Shown here one piece after another: positions 25,327-37,319 of a stretch of 64,000 nt of DNA; position 1 is the stretch's first letter; each line of letters starts with the position of its first letter. The DNA comes from Rotaria socialis. Lineage: Eukaryota. A program made the position numbers and the translations under genes. The notes under the pieces were generated by a model. That model worked only from the letters and a program-made list of their open reading frames with translations. It did no database searches and was not told the origin of the DNA. The stretch lies in assembly GCA_905331295.1 (NCBI GenBank), contig CAJNYD010000014.1, positions 1-64,000 on the forward strand. The letters are read 5' to 3'.

Positions 25327-28300
25327 ATGATTTTGTACGAACAAAATAACGGATTATCATCGAATCTTTCATTTACATTTGATTTTGGTAAAAATCTTTC
25401 CAATCTTGATTGCCATTCAATAGCACTTAATGGCGATGAAAAATATCTTTTGCTTGTTGGCAATCATGAACTGAAACTAATTAATTTTGAAAGATTTTTT
25501 GCATCGACTGTTAATACAACCAGCGATGATAACTCAAGTACAACACCGTCTTCATCTTATATTGAATCAGTACCTTTATTTGATATATGCAATATTAATC
25601 GACCTATTGTCCAATGGAATCGTCAAAATCCAAATCAATATGCTCTTGCTGTTGATCGTCTCGTTCGTTTCTACAATGTTGATCATGGACGTATACAAGA
25701 AACTAGTACAATCATCGATACGCACCATCAGGTAGATAAAAAAAAAAGAGACCAGTGCGTTAGCCGGGAGTCGAACCCGGGTCGGCTGCTTGGAAGGCAA
25801 CCATGCTAACCGTTACACCACCAACGCGGCAATCGAATACGTTTTTTTTTCTCTTTTCTATCTAATATTTCAGGAAAACATAGTAAAGCGTGTTCCTATT
25901 TTGTTTATCAAACTATTTTGCGTATTCGTATTTTTTAGCGTCCTATATCGACGATCTCATATTGGCCTTATGATCCTTACTGTTTATTAACCGGTTCACT
26001 TGATGGCCAAGTACAAATATGGGATATTCGAAATTTTTCACCAAAAACACCAGCCAATTTAAGATCAACACTGTCAACACCATTTAGTATTCGCCATATA
26101 AAATGGTCATCAATGGATTCTGATAAAACAAATACATCCAATGATTCTAATCTATTAGCTGTGCAATGCGATCGATGTGTACGTGTATATGATATGCGTC
26201 AAACAAATTCATATCTATGTTCAATTGAACATAACCAACGTATTTTGAATATCGATTGGACAATGCAAAATCATGCGATTGCTACGCTTTCCATCGATAA
26301 TTCATTACGAATATTTTCTACAAGTGGACATTTGTTAGCTGAATCTATACCTAATGAACAGTTACCTTTTTCATTAAACACAGTAATTATAATAATAACA
26401 ATAAGATAAAAAATATGAACAATAGTAAGTTAATACTTTTTTTTAGATTCGAGCAACATCTTTTGATAATCTATTTATTTGTGTATCTTGCGACACAATA
26501 TCATCAACGTTTGGTTTTACTGGTTGGCGTTGCGATGAAGATCATTATTTAAGACCATTGACTGATCATATATTCTCAACAAGTTCATCGTCTATTATTG
26601 ATTTTACTGTGGTAACAAGTTCACAATTTTCAACTTTATTTAATCAAATATTTTCATCGCGTCCAAATGATGAATTAATAAAACATTTTCCGATTTTAGC
26701 TTGGTGTCGTGATGATCAATTACGCTTAATTGATATGGATCCAACATTCCGAAAAGTTTGGCATGATCATAAACGCACAATACAAAGAGAGCAAGCTGAT
26801 TTATTAAATATAAATATGATGTCCAAATCATTACCGCCATCATCATCGTCATCATCGTATTTGTCTCGACAAAAACAACAATTAAATCGAACAACTACAA
26901 GTAAAATGAGAATGGATAGTATTGAAGACGAAATCACTGATGTTGGAGACAGTGACTTAGATGATAATGCAGTTTCTGATACATGCTCACCTCGATTTAG
27001 TGCAATTGATCTACTTGATAATGATGATGACAATGATGATGAACATGATTTATCCTTTGTGTAAGTCTCATATTGAATCTAATTGAAAATAGTTTATCAA
27101 ATGCTTATTTTGGAAATTTCAAGATAGAAAACAGACTCGAATTCTTTAATAGTATATCAATAGAATGATGAAACCAAAAAGTCATCTACGATTACTCATG
27201 AAATCGAACCTGTTTGAAATAATTTTCAATCATTTGTTGTCTTCATACCTATTGAAATGCATCATCATATTGTACAAATCCAGTACGATATCATACCTTT
27301 TCAGATCGGTCTGGTTGATAAATATTCATAGATTATTAATTTAATTAGAAGAGTCAAATATACTCTTTGTGAAAGTTCATAAATCTTCTCCTCAATTTTA
27401 TTTTATATTTTAGTCATACCAGCGATTATAGATTATGAACTACGTAAGTGAATCATGCCTGTATACTTATCCGAGTTTCATGTCACTCGAGTAAAACTCA
27501 TTCATAATACGGTTACATAGGAAAACCTGCGTCATATATCGCCAATCGGTCAAATAGATCAATCCTATATATGATTTTATTTCAGTAATAAAACTAATTG
27601 TTTGAAAATGTATGTCTAACTCTCGATATTTTGTGAAGTACTAATGCAATAAAATATTGAAAGTATGAAACTTTTGGATTTTTCACAAATAATACTGTTA
27701 TAAAATCAAATATAGTATACGAATCACTTCCTCATATGATGTCTAAAGGTTCGAATCAATGTATGATGAATAGATGTGTGTCAAAATACATAAAACAATA
27801 TAAAATTCTTGCGCTTATAAACAGCCGCTACATATCTTTATTTGATATTTTCATCCTGCATAGATTGCACTAACAGCTTTTATATTTGCTTCTCACATTA
27901 TTGTATATGATATATAAACCATGATAATTTCAGAATTTACTATATGAAACGTTTTTTTCTCTTTCTTTCTAGTCCCAACGGCCTAGATAAAACTACAACA
28001 GAAGTATCTATTCAAAATGAATTAAACTCCTTGCAGGATACATATGGACCACATATAATTGTTGAAGTAAAAGATGAACACCATCGAATGTGTATACTCC
28101 GTTGTATTTATCCAATTGATGCCACCGGATCATTTCGTATATATTTATTTCTATCACGTCATTATCCAATAGTATCTCAATTATTCATACGCTTTAAATT
28201 ATTAACATATAATAAGAATAAGAATAAGAATAAGTATAATCATGAAAATTTAAGATCTTTCCAAAAACGCATTCAAAAACTATTCGATGAAACATCATAT

Positions 28301-28685
28301 AAATGTTTTTATTATGGACAATTATGTTTACATACATGTTTATTAAAATTAAAACATTTATTTGATTCATATTACAAACAGGAAAAATTATCTTTTAATA
28401 TAATGACCATGAGATCAAATAAAAAACAACCCGCTGAATCAATTCATAGTTTATATTTTGATTCATTCAATGGCGTTAATAATAATGATATTAGTAATAA
28501 TAACAGCAACAATCATAATAGAAAAAATTCAAATCGAACATTTGAACCATCGTCATTATCGTCAATATATACAAGTGGTAGTCAAATATCGAATGGGCCA
28601 TCCATTCGAGCTAATCCACGTACATGTGGTGCTCGTTTTACTGGTGGAACATACTTGATATGTTTTGGTCGCACATCAAATCTTC

Positions 28686-28743
<58 letters not shown>

Positions 28744-30029
28744 GCAACAACAGCAGCAGCAGCAGCAGCAGCAACCAACGTCTGCACCACCACTTCTGAA
28801 TAGTATTAATGATGTGTTTAGCAATCTAGCACCACCAATACATATGAGATCAATGAGTTTAACAGTAACTAAAAGTCGAGGAAATTCGAGCACAGATGAA
28901 CAATCATCAAGGTATATTGGTACATTTATTTCTTTGTTTTTAATGATACTATTTTTTTTTCTTCTGTTTGTTTCAGTTATCGATCATCAACAACACTAAC
29001 GAATACAGTACAAATTCAGAATCTTTCAAGCAATCAACGAACAGCAATATTTTCGGCTCCTGTACGTTTATCGTTAGGTTCAAGTATAGTAAGTGAACAT
29101 CAACGTATACCAGCATCAACAACGCCATATCGTCGACCTCTTAGTCATCATATATCACAGCTTCATTCAACAGTATCAATTTATGATATGTCAATACTTT
29201 TACCTATTAGTAAAAAATTAGCTGATGATTATAAACTTGACTTAAATAATCTAGCCGATATGTGTGAAATCAATGAACAATTAACAGAAAATATGGCTAA
29301 AGATGAGCTAACTCATTGTTGGCGTCTACTCGGTACTTTATTATCTTTACAGCCAAGTTTACCAAATGATCACTCTTGGTTTCAATCACCCATTGCTCAA
29401 GGTTGACGAAAATTGATCTTATTTAAAAACTAAAACTTTTTGTATTTGTATTTAAATTCGTTTTTATTTTTGTTCTTTTAGGTTTAATTAAACATTTAGT
29501 TTCCCATTATGCTACAGATGGTGATATTCAATCGGCAAGTATGATTCTATTAGCCATGTTAGAAACACCCTTTATGAAGACACAAGCTCGATTAAAATTT
29601 TTCAATGAACATCAGTATGATCCAATTTTATATGCATATGCAAATTTATTACATCGCTGGAAACACTTTTATAAACGAACACAAATATTACATCAAATTG
29701 ATCATAATTGTCAAACGCCAGCAATAATAAATCAAATATCATCGACAATTATTTGTTCAATTTGTTTACAACCAGTTATTGGTCAGCATCTTCTATGTGC
29801 AATATGTGCACATGGTGGACATTTAAGTCATATACATGGATGGTTTTCATCGTCAGACATTAAGCATCGATATTGCCCAGAAAAAGATTGTGCGTGTAGA
29901 TGTGTTTTGAAACAGCAAGAATTATTAAGCATAAATACAGATTATATACAAAGATATCAACATACGCCTACATTAACGCCGAGACCTTTCAGCGTTCGTT
30001 CAACATCAACCAGTGTGCGTCCTTTTTGA
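25327..30029 (+). CDS. WDR59: GATOR2 subunit WDR59 (Sea3)-like: WD40 repeats, RWD-like domain and C-terminal RING-like Zn domain
   Basis: WD40 repeat LLTGSLDGQVQIWDIR, RWD-like segment (FLSRHYP), PRTCGARFTGGTYLICFG, MCEIN...HCWRL, HYATDGDIQSASM, and CSICLQPV...CAICAHGGHLSHIHGWF...CP..DCACRC. Phase-consistent exons start at 25327, 25939, ~26447, 27973, ~28977 and ~29482. Confidence 0.88.
25738..25747 (-). terminator. Pol III oligo-T terminator of tRNA-Gly
   Basis: T10 run on the minus strand ~8 nt downstream of the tRNA 3' end. Confidence 0.8.
25756..25827 (-). tRNA. tRNA-Gly (anticodon TCC) inside WDR59 intron 1
   Basis: Reverse complement reads GCGTTGGTGGTGTAACGGTTAGCATGGTTGCCTTCCAAGCAGCCGACCCGGGTTCGACTCCCGGCTAACGCA. 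It has a 7-bp acceptor stem, anticodon arm GTTGC-CTTCCAA-GCAGC and a GGTTCGA T-loop. Confidence 0.97.
28685..28774 (+). repeat. Coding trinucleotide repeat encoding Q30 in WDR59
   Basis: (CAA)19 CAG (CAA)2 (CAG)7 CAA, in frame. Confidence 0.97.
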
Positions 30030-31084
30030 AGTTTTTTTTTCTATCAATCTACATTTATATTGATATTTTCAAGAATAAAAGAAAATCGTATGCAAAGCAT
30101 AGGTTTGCATAGAATGATTACTTTACATGGTTTAAAATAAAATGCACAGATCATCGTGAAATTATTAAGATCTATCAATAAAGAACATGTTATTGTTACT
30201 TAAATAATGGCGAATTGGTGTTAATGATAAATATATTATAGAGGTTAATTGTCTAAGTCCTTGCTGTAATCAAATGTCGATTTTTTGAGTCAAATGCTGA
30301 GAGATTACACTGAAACTATCAATTCTAAATACGAGGGATTTCGGAACATATTGATTGAAAGAAGAATGAAGAGAACACTTACCTATAACATATTCTTCTT
30401 CATGCATGATGTCGATTTTATTTGAGCAGATAAATCAGAATGCAGTTTTAAACAGATTTCTCCTATTCAAATATCTACTTTGTTATGCAAAATTTCATGT
30501 GTTCATTCAAATACTTTTTTTGCATGATAATGAATAGGCTTTATCTAAAGTGCATATACCGTAGTTTTACATATTATGAAAAACTTGAATCGACAATGGC
30601 CTATCGAACCGGTGAAAAAATCAGATTGCCTATGAACGATGAGACATCCAACTATATTTATATCCCTTAGTCTCAACTTTGATATTTTTTTATATAGATT
30701 ATTTGCGTAAGAAGGAGAAGAGAACGCTTAAAAAATTGTGAAGTAAAATTCTATCGTTAATTAACGTCGAATATTTTATCTATCTGAATTCATTGACATT
30801 AATCTTCATCAATGCAAATATTCAAAATTGAAATTTTAAAACAGAAAATAGATTCATAAGATTGATATAGTTATATCTTATGGATCTATTGCTTCAATTT
30901 CAAAATACAATTAAAACAAGTTGTGATGTAACCGAGATCAGTATTTACTTTCATTCATTTTCATTTGTTAAATATTTGATATACTAGCTGCTGGAAGTAG
31001 TACCTTGCCATTGTATATTTATTCTACAAATAGAAGTGTAACAATCTGTATTACGAATAGTCGAAAGTACATATCCTTAAAGTT

Positions 31085-31841
31085 ATGCATGCACAGCAAC
31101 AATCAATGCCTTACATGTATTATACATCTCCTTATAGCATTCCTGCTTATGGAACCATATCATCGTCTCAAGTCGTTATATCGGATGTAAATTGGCGTAA
31201 TTCATGGTCGAATATTAGATCATTTGTTATTTCGGTTGTGCTACTGTTTTGCAGTACAGCAATCATTGGTCTTGATATAGCTAATGTAGCAATTGAAGTC
31301 AATAAACAAAATGGAAATTCTAAATTAGGATCAGGAACAGCAACTGTTGGTGCAGGTATTTGGGGTGGATCTGTATCATTTATGGCTGCTATTTTTATTT
31401 TTATAACAAGTAAGTAGAAGTTTATGATTAAATGAAATATCATTATTGAAAACTTGTGTTGTCGACTGTTTTTAAACGCAAAGAAAATCTCAGTTTAATT
31501 TCTTTATTTTCTATTTCAATCATATCTGTTTTTAAATTTTCAGTCTTCTATCTTTTCTTCTTTTAGTATTTGCACGAAACAAACGCGTTGCTGCTACATT
31601 TGCCTTATTAGCAGTAGTCTTGGCTTTCTTTTTCACTATTGTACTTATTGGTTTAATTGGCAATTCTATACAAACTAATCTATCAGAAACTCAACGTACC
31701 AATGCAGAAAAAGTACAAGACAAACTTGCAATTGCCATACTTTCCTTTGCTGTACCCACCATGATAGCTTGTATGGTATTCTTTGCTGTGTATATCACAG
31801 TTCTATTTTCATCATCTACAAGTCAATCAAACATACGTTGA
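31085..31841 (+). CDS. Four-TM membrane protein, MS4A/CD20-like (2 exons)
   Basis: Exons 31085-31409 and 31567-31841 join in phase 1. Pro/Tyr-rich N-terminus, four hydrophobic segments and a GAGIWGGSVSF motif. Confidence 0.75.
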
Positions 31842-34073
31842 TAACAAATAATATTTGATAGACCTGTTGTTAATTTCATCATATTCTTATTATATATACA
31901 TCACAATAAATGTAGTTTTTATCTAATGAAATATTTGTTTTTCTTCTTCTGTATGATGCGCATTTTGAATATGAAAATACAAAATATTTACAATATATAA
32001 ACATCCATGCTTATAAATATTTTTGTACTCGCGTATCTTATTAAAAGTCAAACATTGATTCTACTTGTAGTGCAAGTGTGGGAAAAACAAGAGACTAATA
32101 TTAATGAAATTTGAGTCATATAAAACGAACAAGTAGTTATCATCATAATTTACGTTTTTTTGTTTTAATTGACTTTTACCATTTCAAGTATTATTTAATA
32201 AGATACTGAAGGCTAAGAAAAATCATACTAAGCTCGTTTGCAGTTTTACTCATTGAAAAATCTCAGTATTAATCTGATTTTAATATGAGCTTTTTCTCAT
32301 CGTTGGCCATCGTCACATGAACGATAGATTATTAATATGAAATAATGTCTCGAAAAGAAAAACGCAAAATTTCACGAAAAACTTATTCATAGAAAAAATA
32401 ATCAGCTTCTATATACTTCTCTATTCAGATTAATTTTTATTGTAAAAAAGACTTTTAATAGCTATATTTTCATATCGAAATCGACACTCATATTACTACA
32501 AAGATGCCCATATTTAAATCAGTTGGTTTCTGTTTTTCAATATTCTGATTTCATCTATCATTACGTATTAAACATCGACTAATCCACCTCTCCGAGTCAC
32601 TTTTATAGTTCTTCATATTCATTTGTATGCGCCATTCATTCAATCTCTCTTAATCTACATTTAACTGCTTTCTAATTGTAGTTCAAAATGTTTTTAGAAA
32701 TCGACATTGATATCGAATTTATGTTTTATCTTTGAATAATTACATTGTTTTGTGCTTTAAATCAATGCACTCATTTGGTATCCTCTTAAACCTAAATCAA
32801 ACGTTATACATGACGTACTTTTTCAAAAATTCCAACTTCTGAAATTTACATGACAACTCGTGTCTTCACAGTAAAATTATTCAAATGAATGAAAAGATTT
32901 TCTAACACACTTTCGGCAATGAATCAGTCTTTTTTCTTCATTAGACGGTAACAATGAAGTCTTGAAAACAAATTCACGGTTTATACTACTTGTATGAAAT
33001 ATGTTGAGACAATTAGAGCATAACAAAAGAAAAGCATTATTTTATGGATGGTATAAAACAAATACTGTGCTTATTAAGATTTCAGTGCAATGTGAGAAAA
33101 ACTCTTGACGGGGATTGAAGAATTTTCGTGATCGATTGAAAAACTGAAACGGTGTGGATTTCCTGGTGAATTAGAATATGGGAGATGCAAAATTACGCAT
33201 ACTATCGGAAACAGTTTGAAAAATTAATCTCCATTTTCATCTACCACACCCTTTGAATTATAAATGAAGAAGACGGAAAATATCTTCGAAGGTAAAAATG
33301 TCGAAATACGTGTCGGTGCGGTGTGTTTAGATGCCTGAATACAGTGACTGTGACATTGAACTGAAACTTGCAACCAAACGCAAAAATAATATTTTTATTT
33401 TCAGATCAGATACATTCACATTGATCCTATCGATATTTATCTTTGTTTTGATCTCTTTTAATCTACAACTCTTATTTAATAAATGGAGATTTTCGAATAG
33501 ATTATACAAGCATGGAGAGAACCTTCTCATGTGAAGATATCCCAAACGATGATTCGACTTTCGGCAAGTGTTTAAAAGAAATATTTTTCTATATCTTTAT
33601 GGAAGCAACTTTCGTTCATTCTAACAAGGAAACGATCAAGTCTTGATGATGATTTATTCTCTTCCTATGCTGAAAGCAACATTTGCGTAGAATCGTCTCA
33701 TGGTTTGTTATTTTATAGTATACAAACTTTGAAGACGTTTACAAGGTAAAAGTTTATTGCTATTCGAACAGTACCTTTTATTTAACAGCTAATGACATCT
33801 GTCACCGATCTCATGTCTGGTCTAGCATTAAAACAGAACCAATGAAAGATAAGAATGCCGCCGATAGGGTAGGATTCCGCCTATAAACAAACAATCTGAC
33901 TATCTATATTTTTTGACGGCACAGCATTATTTCTGAGTGAAGATATGTAGGCGTAATTTCAAAAAGTACTGAATATTATAATGCAAAATAATAACTGTTT
34001 GATTCCGTCGAATAAAAAAGCAAGCCTTTAAAGTAATTTTAGTATGTAACTATTAAACTTATTCTAAAATACA

Positions 34074-37000
34074 ATGGAAAAAAATGAATATGCCCTCGAT
34101 TATATTCTTCAAGCAGAATAGTAAGAATAGAATATTTTAAAAAGATCAAATGAAATTGTTAAATTCTTTTAGTAATCTGCTTCGAAAACAATTTATACCT
34201 GGCATAATTGTCATTCCATCTGGAAAATCAAATCTAAGTAAAATTCTTTTTTTTTATTAATCGATATATTGGTTAAAGCAATCGATTATTTCTAGTATGG
34301 AATGGTGTTCATTTTATATCTCAAGGTCCTTATGAAGGTGGCGTTTTTCGTTTTTCAATTCTAATACCCAATACATTTCCTGATGGCGATTGTCCAGTTT
34401 GTATTTCCATAGGAGTTGACACTGTTTTTCTCTAGTAAAAAAAATTTCGTTTTAGCAAGTATACTTTTCACCATCTGTATATCATCCTCAAATAAATGCA
34501 CAAACAGGTGAACTTGACATTAAACGCTATTTTCCTGTGTGGAAGTAAGTTAAGACATTAAAAAGAGTTTTGATCACGATGACAACTTATTTACATAGAC
34601 GTAATGGGCATCATCTTTGGCAAGTACTACGTTATATTCGGCGTATATTTCAAAAAATTGAAATTACGAATGCAATTAATTTGGATGCAGCACAACTGTA
34701 AAATTTAGTCAAAATGTGTATCAAACCTTGTCTTTTTAAAATGTTTTTAGATATGAACATGACCCAGGAGCATTTCTCTTAAAAGTATCTGAATGTGTCA
34801 ATCAATCAAAAGATAATATTTATATTCCCGATTCATTAACTTCTGATGATCCCCATGCTATTGTGTAAGTTGCATTCCCTTATTTAAAAAAAGAAAAGCT
34901 TTCATCTATAATGAATAACTATTATCTTGCACAAAGATGTAGTTTCTATATAGAAAATTATAATGCAACTATACTATAAAAATGTAACGAACGGATAATT
35001 ATTATTAAAAAAAACCTCGTAGATACTTCGTAAAGAAGCAAACGTTATCGTCACTAGTAAAGCAGCTAGTTTGAGTGCATAATTATGCTGAAATTACGTT
35101 GGTGTCAGAGCCGAACATGATTTGATTAAAAATAAAAATATTTATCTTTTCTTTATGTTGAAAGCTAAACGTCAAAAAGTAAAAGATATTAAAAGGTCAA
35201 AAACGTCGAACTTTGAAATATGTCTAAGGGTGATAAATACCGAAAATTCAACATCGAAGGGTTAAAAATCCTGACAGATCTTATATGGCAGTAATGATAG
35301 AGAAGACTTATTGTAATAGGCCTTACAGTGCAACTTATTTCCTTATTTTATCTTGATACTTCGAAAATTTTCCTAGGATTGAAGAATAGGCACTCCTCCA
35401 TATCAGTGACATAGCATTTTTTGATGATTATCGAGTACAGAACATACTATATATAGACTTCCTCTATTTAATGATACATGTATTAACAGTTTCTATTGCG
35501 TACTGTTGATATATCAACAGGCAACGGTACCTTCATCATCATGACTTTGATAGATAGTGCAATAAAGATAGTGCTACTCATTGACCTGAGAGTAGTACTC
35601 AATATAATCTAATGAATAAGACGTTTACTACTAATTTGCCGGAGAAAAGTTATCTACACTTGTCTACGTAAAATTTGTTCTCTACTGAAAAACTTCTAAT
35701 TATTTTTTCTTCGTAATGAAGATCGAAAAAAAAACAAATAATCTTATTTTATATCTGCATTAAGAGTTCTCGAAGTGAGTACATTCTCATACACAAGAGT
35801 TCAGCATCCATCTAAAAGCATTTTACTCAAAATAAATCTTAATAATGAGAAAAGCTCTTCGTTCTTGGATAGGGGTCCTTTATCTCTACGTCGATTGGTA
35901 ATATGACTCGCACTGTGTGAACAGCATATTCATGTAAATAACGAGATAAAGCATGGCATTACCTGTATTGGAATATCAAAACAGTCATAGAGCATCAGTT
36001 TGTATTGATCATGCTTTCTGTTTTTATGTAAACAATGATTTTGACATACCTGCTTATTCTGAATAATATTACTCAAACGAATTAATGAAGAAAACAAAAA
36101 TAGATAGGTTAACTTTTACTAAAACTCAGTAAACAATAGAGGTAGTTGAATGATTGAAAGCATTTTCTAGTATTTAATATATTCAATTTAAACTAATAAA
36201 AGTTTGTTTTGATTCGAAGGCTTGTGTTTCAGGCACACTTCTCCATTGCTATAGAAAATATTTATTTTTATGTTCTACAAAAATTGCTATTTCCGTAGAA
36301 TAAATCATTATTTAAGCTAATGAATTATCAATAAAGAAGAAAAACATCGTCAAATAAAATTGAAGGCTAGTTGCACGTAAATTCTTATTATTTACATAAA
36401 ATAAAACAATGAGAACTTGTTAATTATGAGCCTTTGCGTAAGCTTATCACTTTGACTCAGTCTGTACTGTACTCATATAAGGTTTCATAATCAATCAGTC
36501 TTACTGTTATAGTTAAGTCTTTCTAAATGCAAACGTATCGACAATATTGCTCGATATCCACAGACGATCTTTGCGTCGTCCCATATTAGTACCAAATTCC
36601 TTTTCAAATTCAAGCAACAATAATCTAAACTTCGGCTTTCTCGATATTTCATTGTTTCTTTTTGAAGTTTATCACTTATAAAAATAAATATTTCTTATAG
36701 ATTTTCTCCGTGGAATGAAAGATTACAAGCGGTACAACAGCATCTTTTAACCGGAACAAAGGTAACTTGATGTTTAACTAATAGACTTTAAAAATTCGAT
36801 ATAAAATTACTTCGTACCAGAAAACATTTTCTCCTACTGGTACAAATCAAAAAGAGGATAACAGTTTGTGTAAGTGCCTTAATGCATGTGCACGTTCTAA
36901 TCTGATTTGTCCTTTTTTGAAAAAATGACTAGAAAACATTGTGTTCTCTTTATTTTTTCGCTTGGTTAATGAAAACTTGATAATGCTTCTTGTAATTTAA

Positions 37001-37204
37001 AATTTTAGTTGACAGTAAGATTCGATTTGATTCTTTACACATAGCATGTTTTTATTTCATTTTTAATAGATTTATGCATTGAAATTTTGTTTTCAATTTT
37101 TATTTTAGCAAGCGTTTGATAATATTCAAGGTTTATCATGGATGAAGCCAGGTGTTTATCAAATATTAACACGAGAAGATACTTTAACAAGCCATCAAAA
37201 TTAA
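34074..37204 (+). CDS. AKTIP: AKTIP/Ft1/crossbronx, a catalytically inactive UBC-fold protein (multi-exon; absent from the ORF track)
   Basis: Spliced translation: MEKNEYALDYILQAEYNLLRKQFIPGIIVIPSGKSNLIWNGVHFISQGPYEGGVFRFSILIPNTFPDGDCP...YHPQINAQTGELDIKRYFPVWKRNGHHLWQVLRYIRRIFQKI...DDPHAIVFSPWN...QGLSWMKPG. Asp sits at the UBC catalytic Cys position. The 3' exon structure is ambiguous. Confidence 0.93.
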
Positions 37205-37319
37205 CTTTATAACATACAAAATGTTGTTGTCTTGTAGTTTTTTTCTTTTTTGTATCTTTTCTGCATATTTATTAATTCATAGTTGATATAATATCTTATT
37301 AGCATATGATTTTTAGATT

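Noticed and set aside
27414..27442. AG...GTAAGT-bounded candidate mini-exon in a WDR59 intron
   Set aside because: It hits a stop in the phase required by the upstream exon; the direct 27060 to 27973 splice is in frame.
28684..28893. Poly-Cys ORF on the minus strand
   Set aside because: Antisense shadow of the WDR59 CAA/CAG tract.
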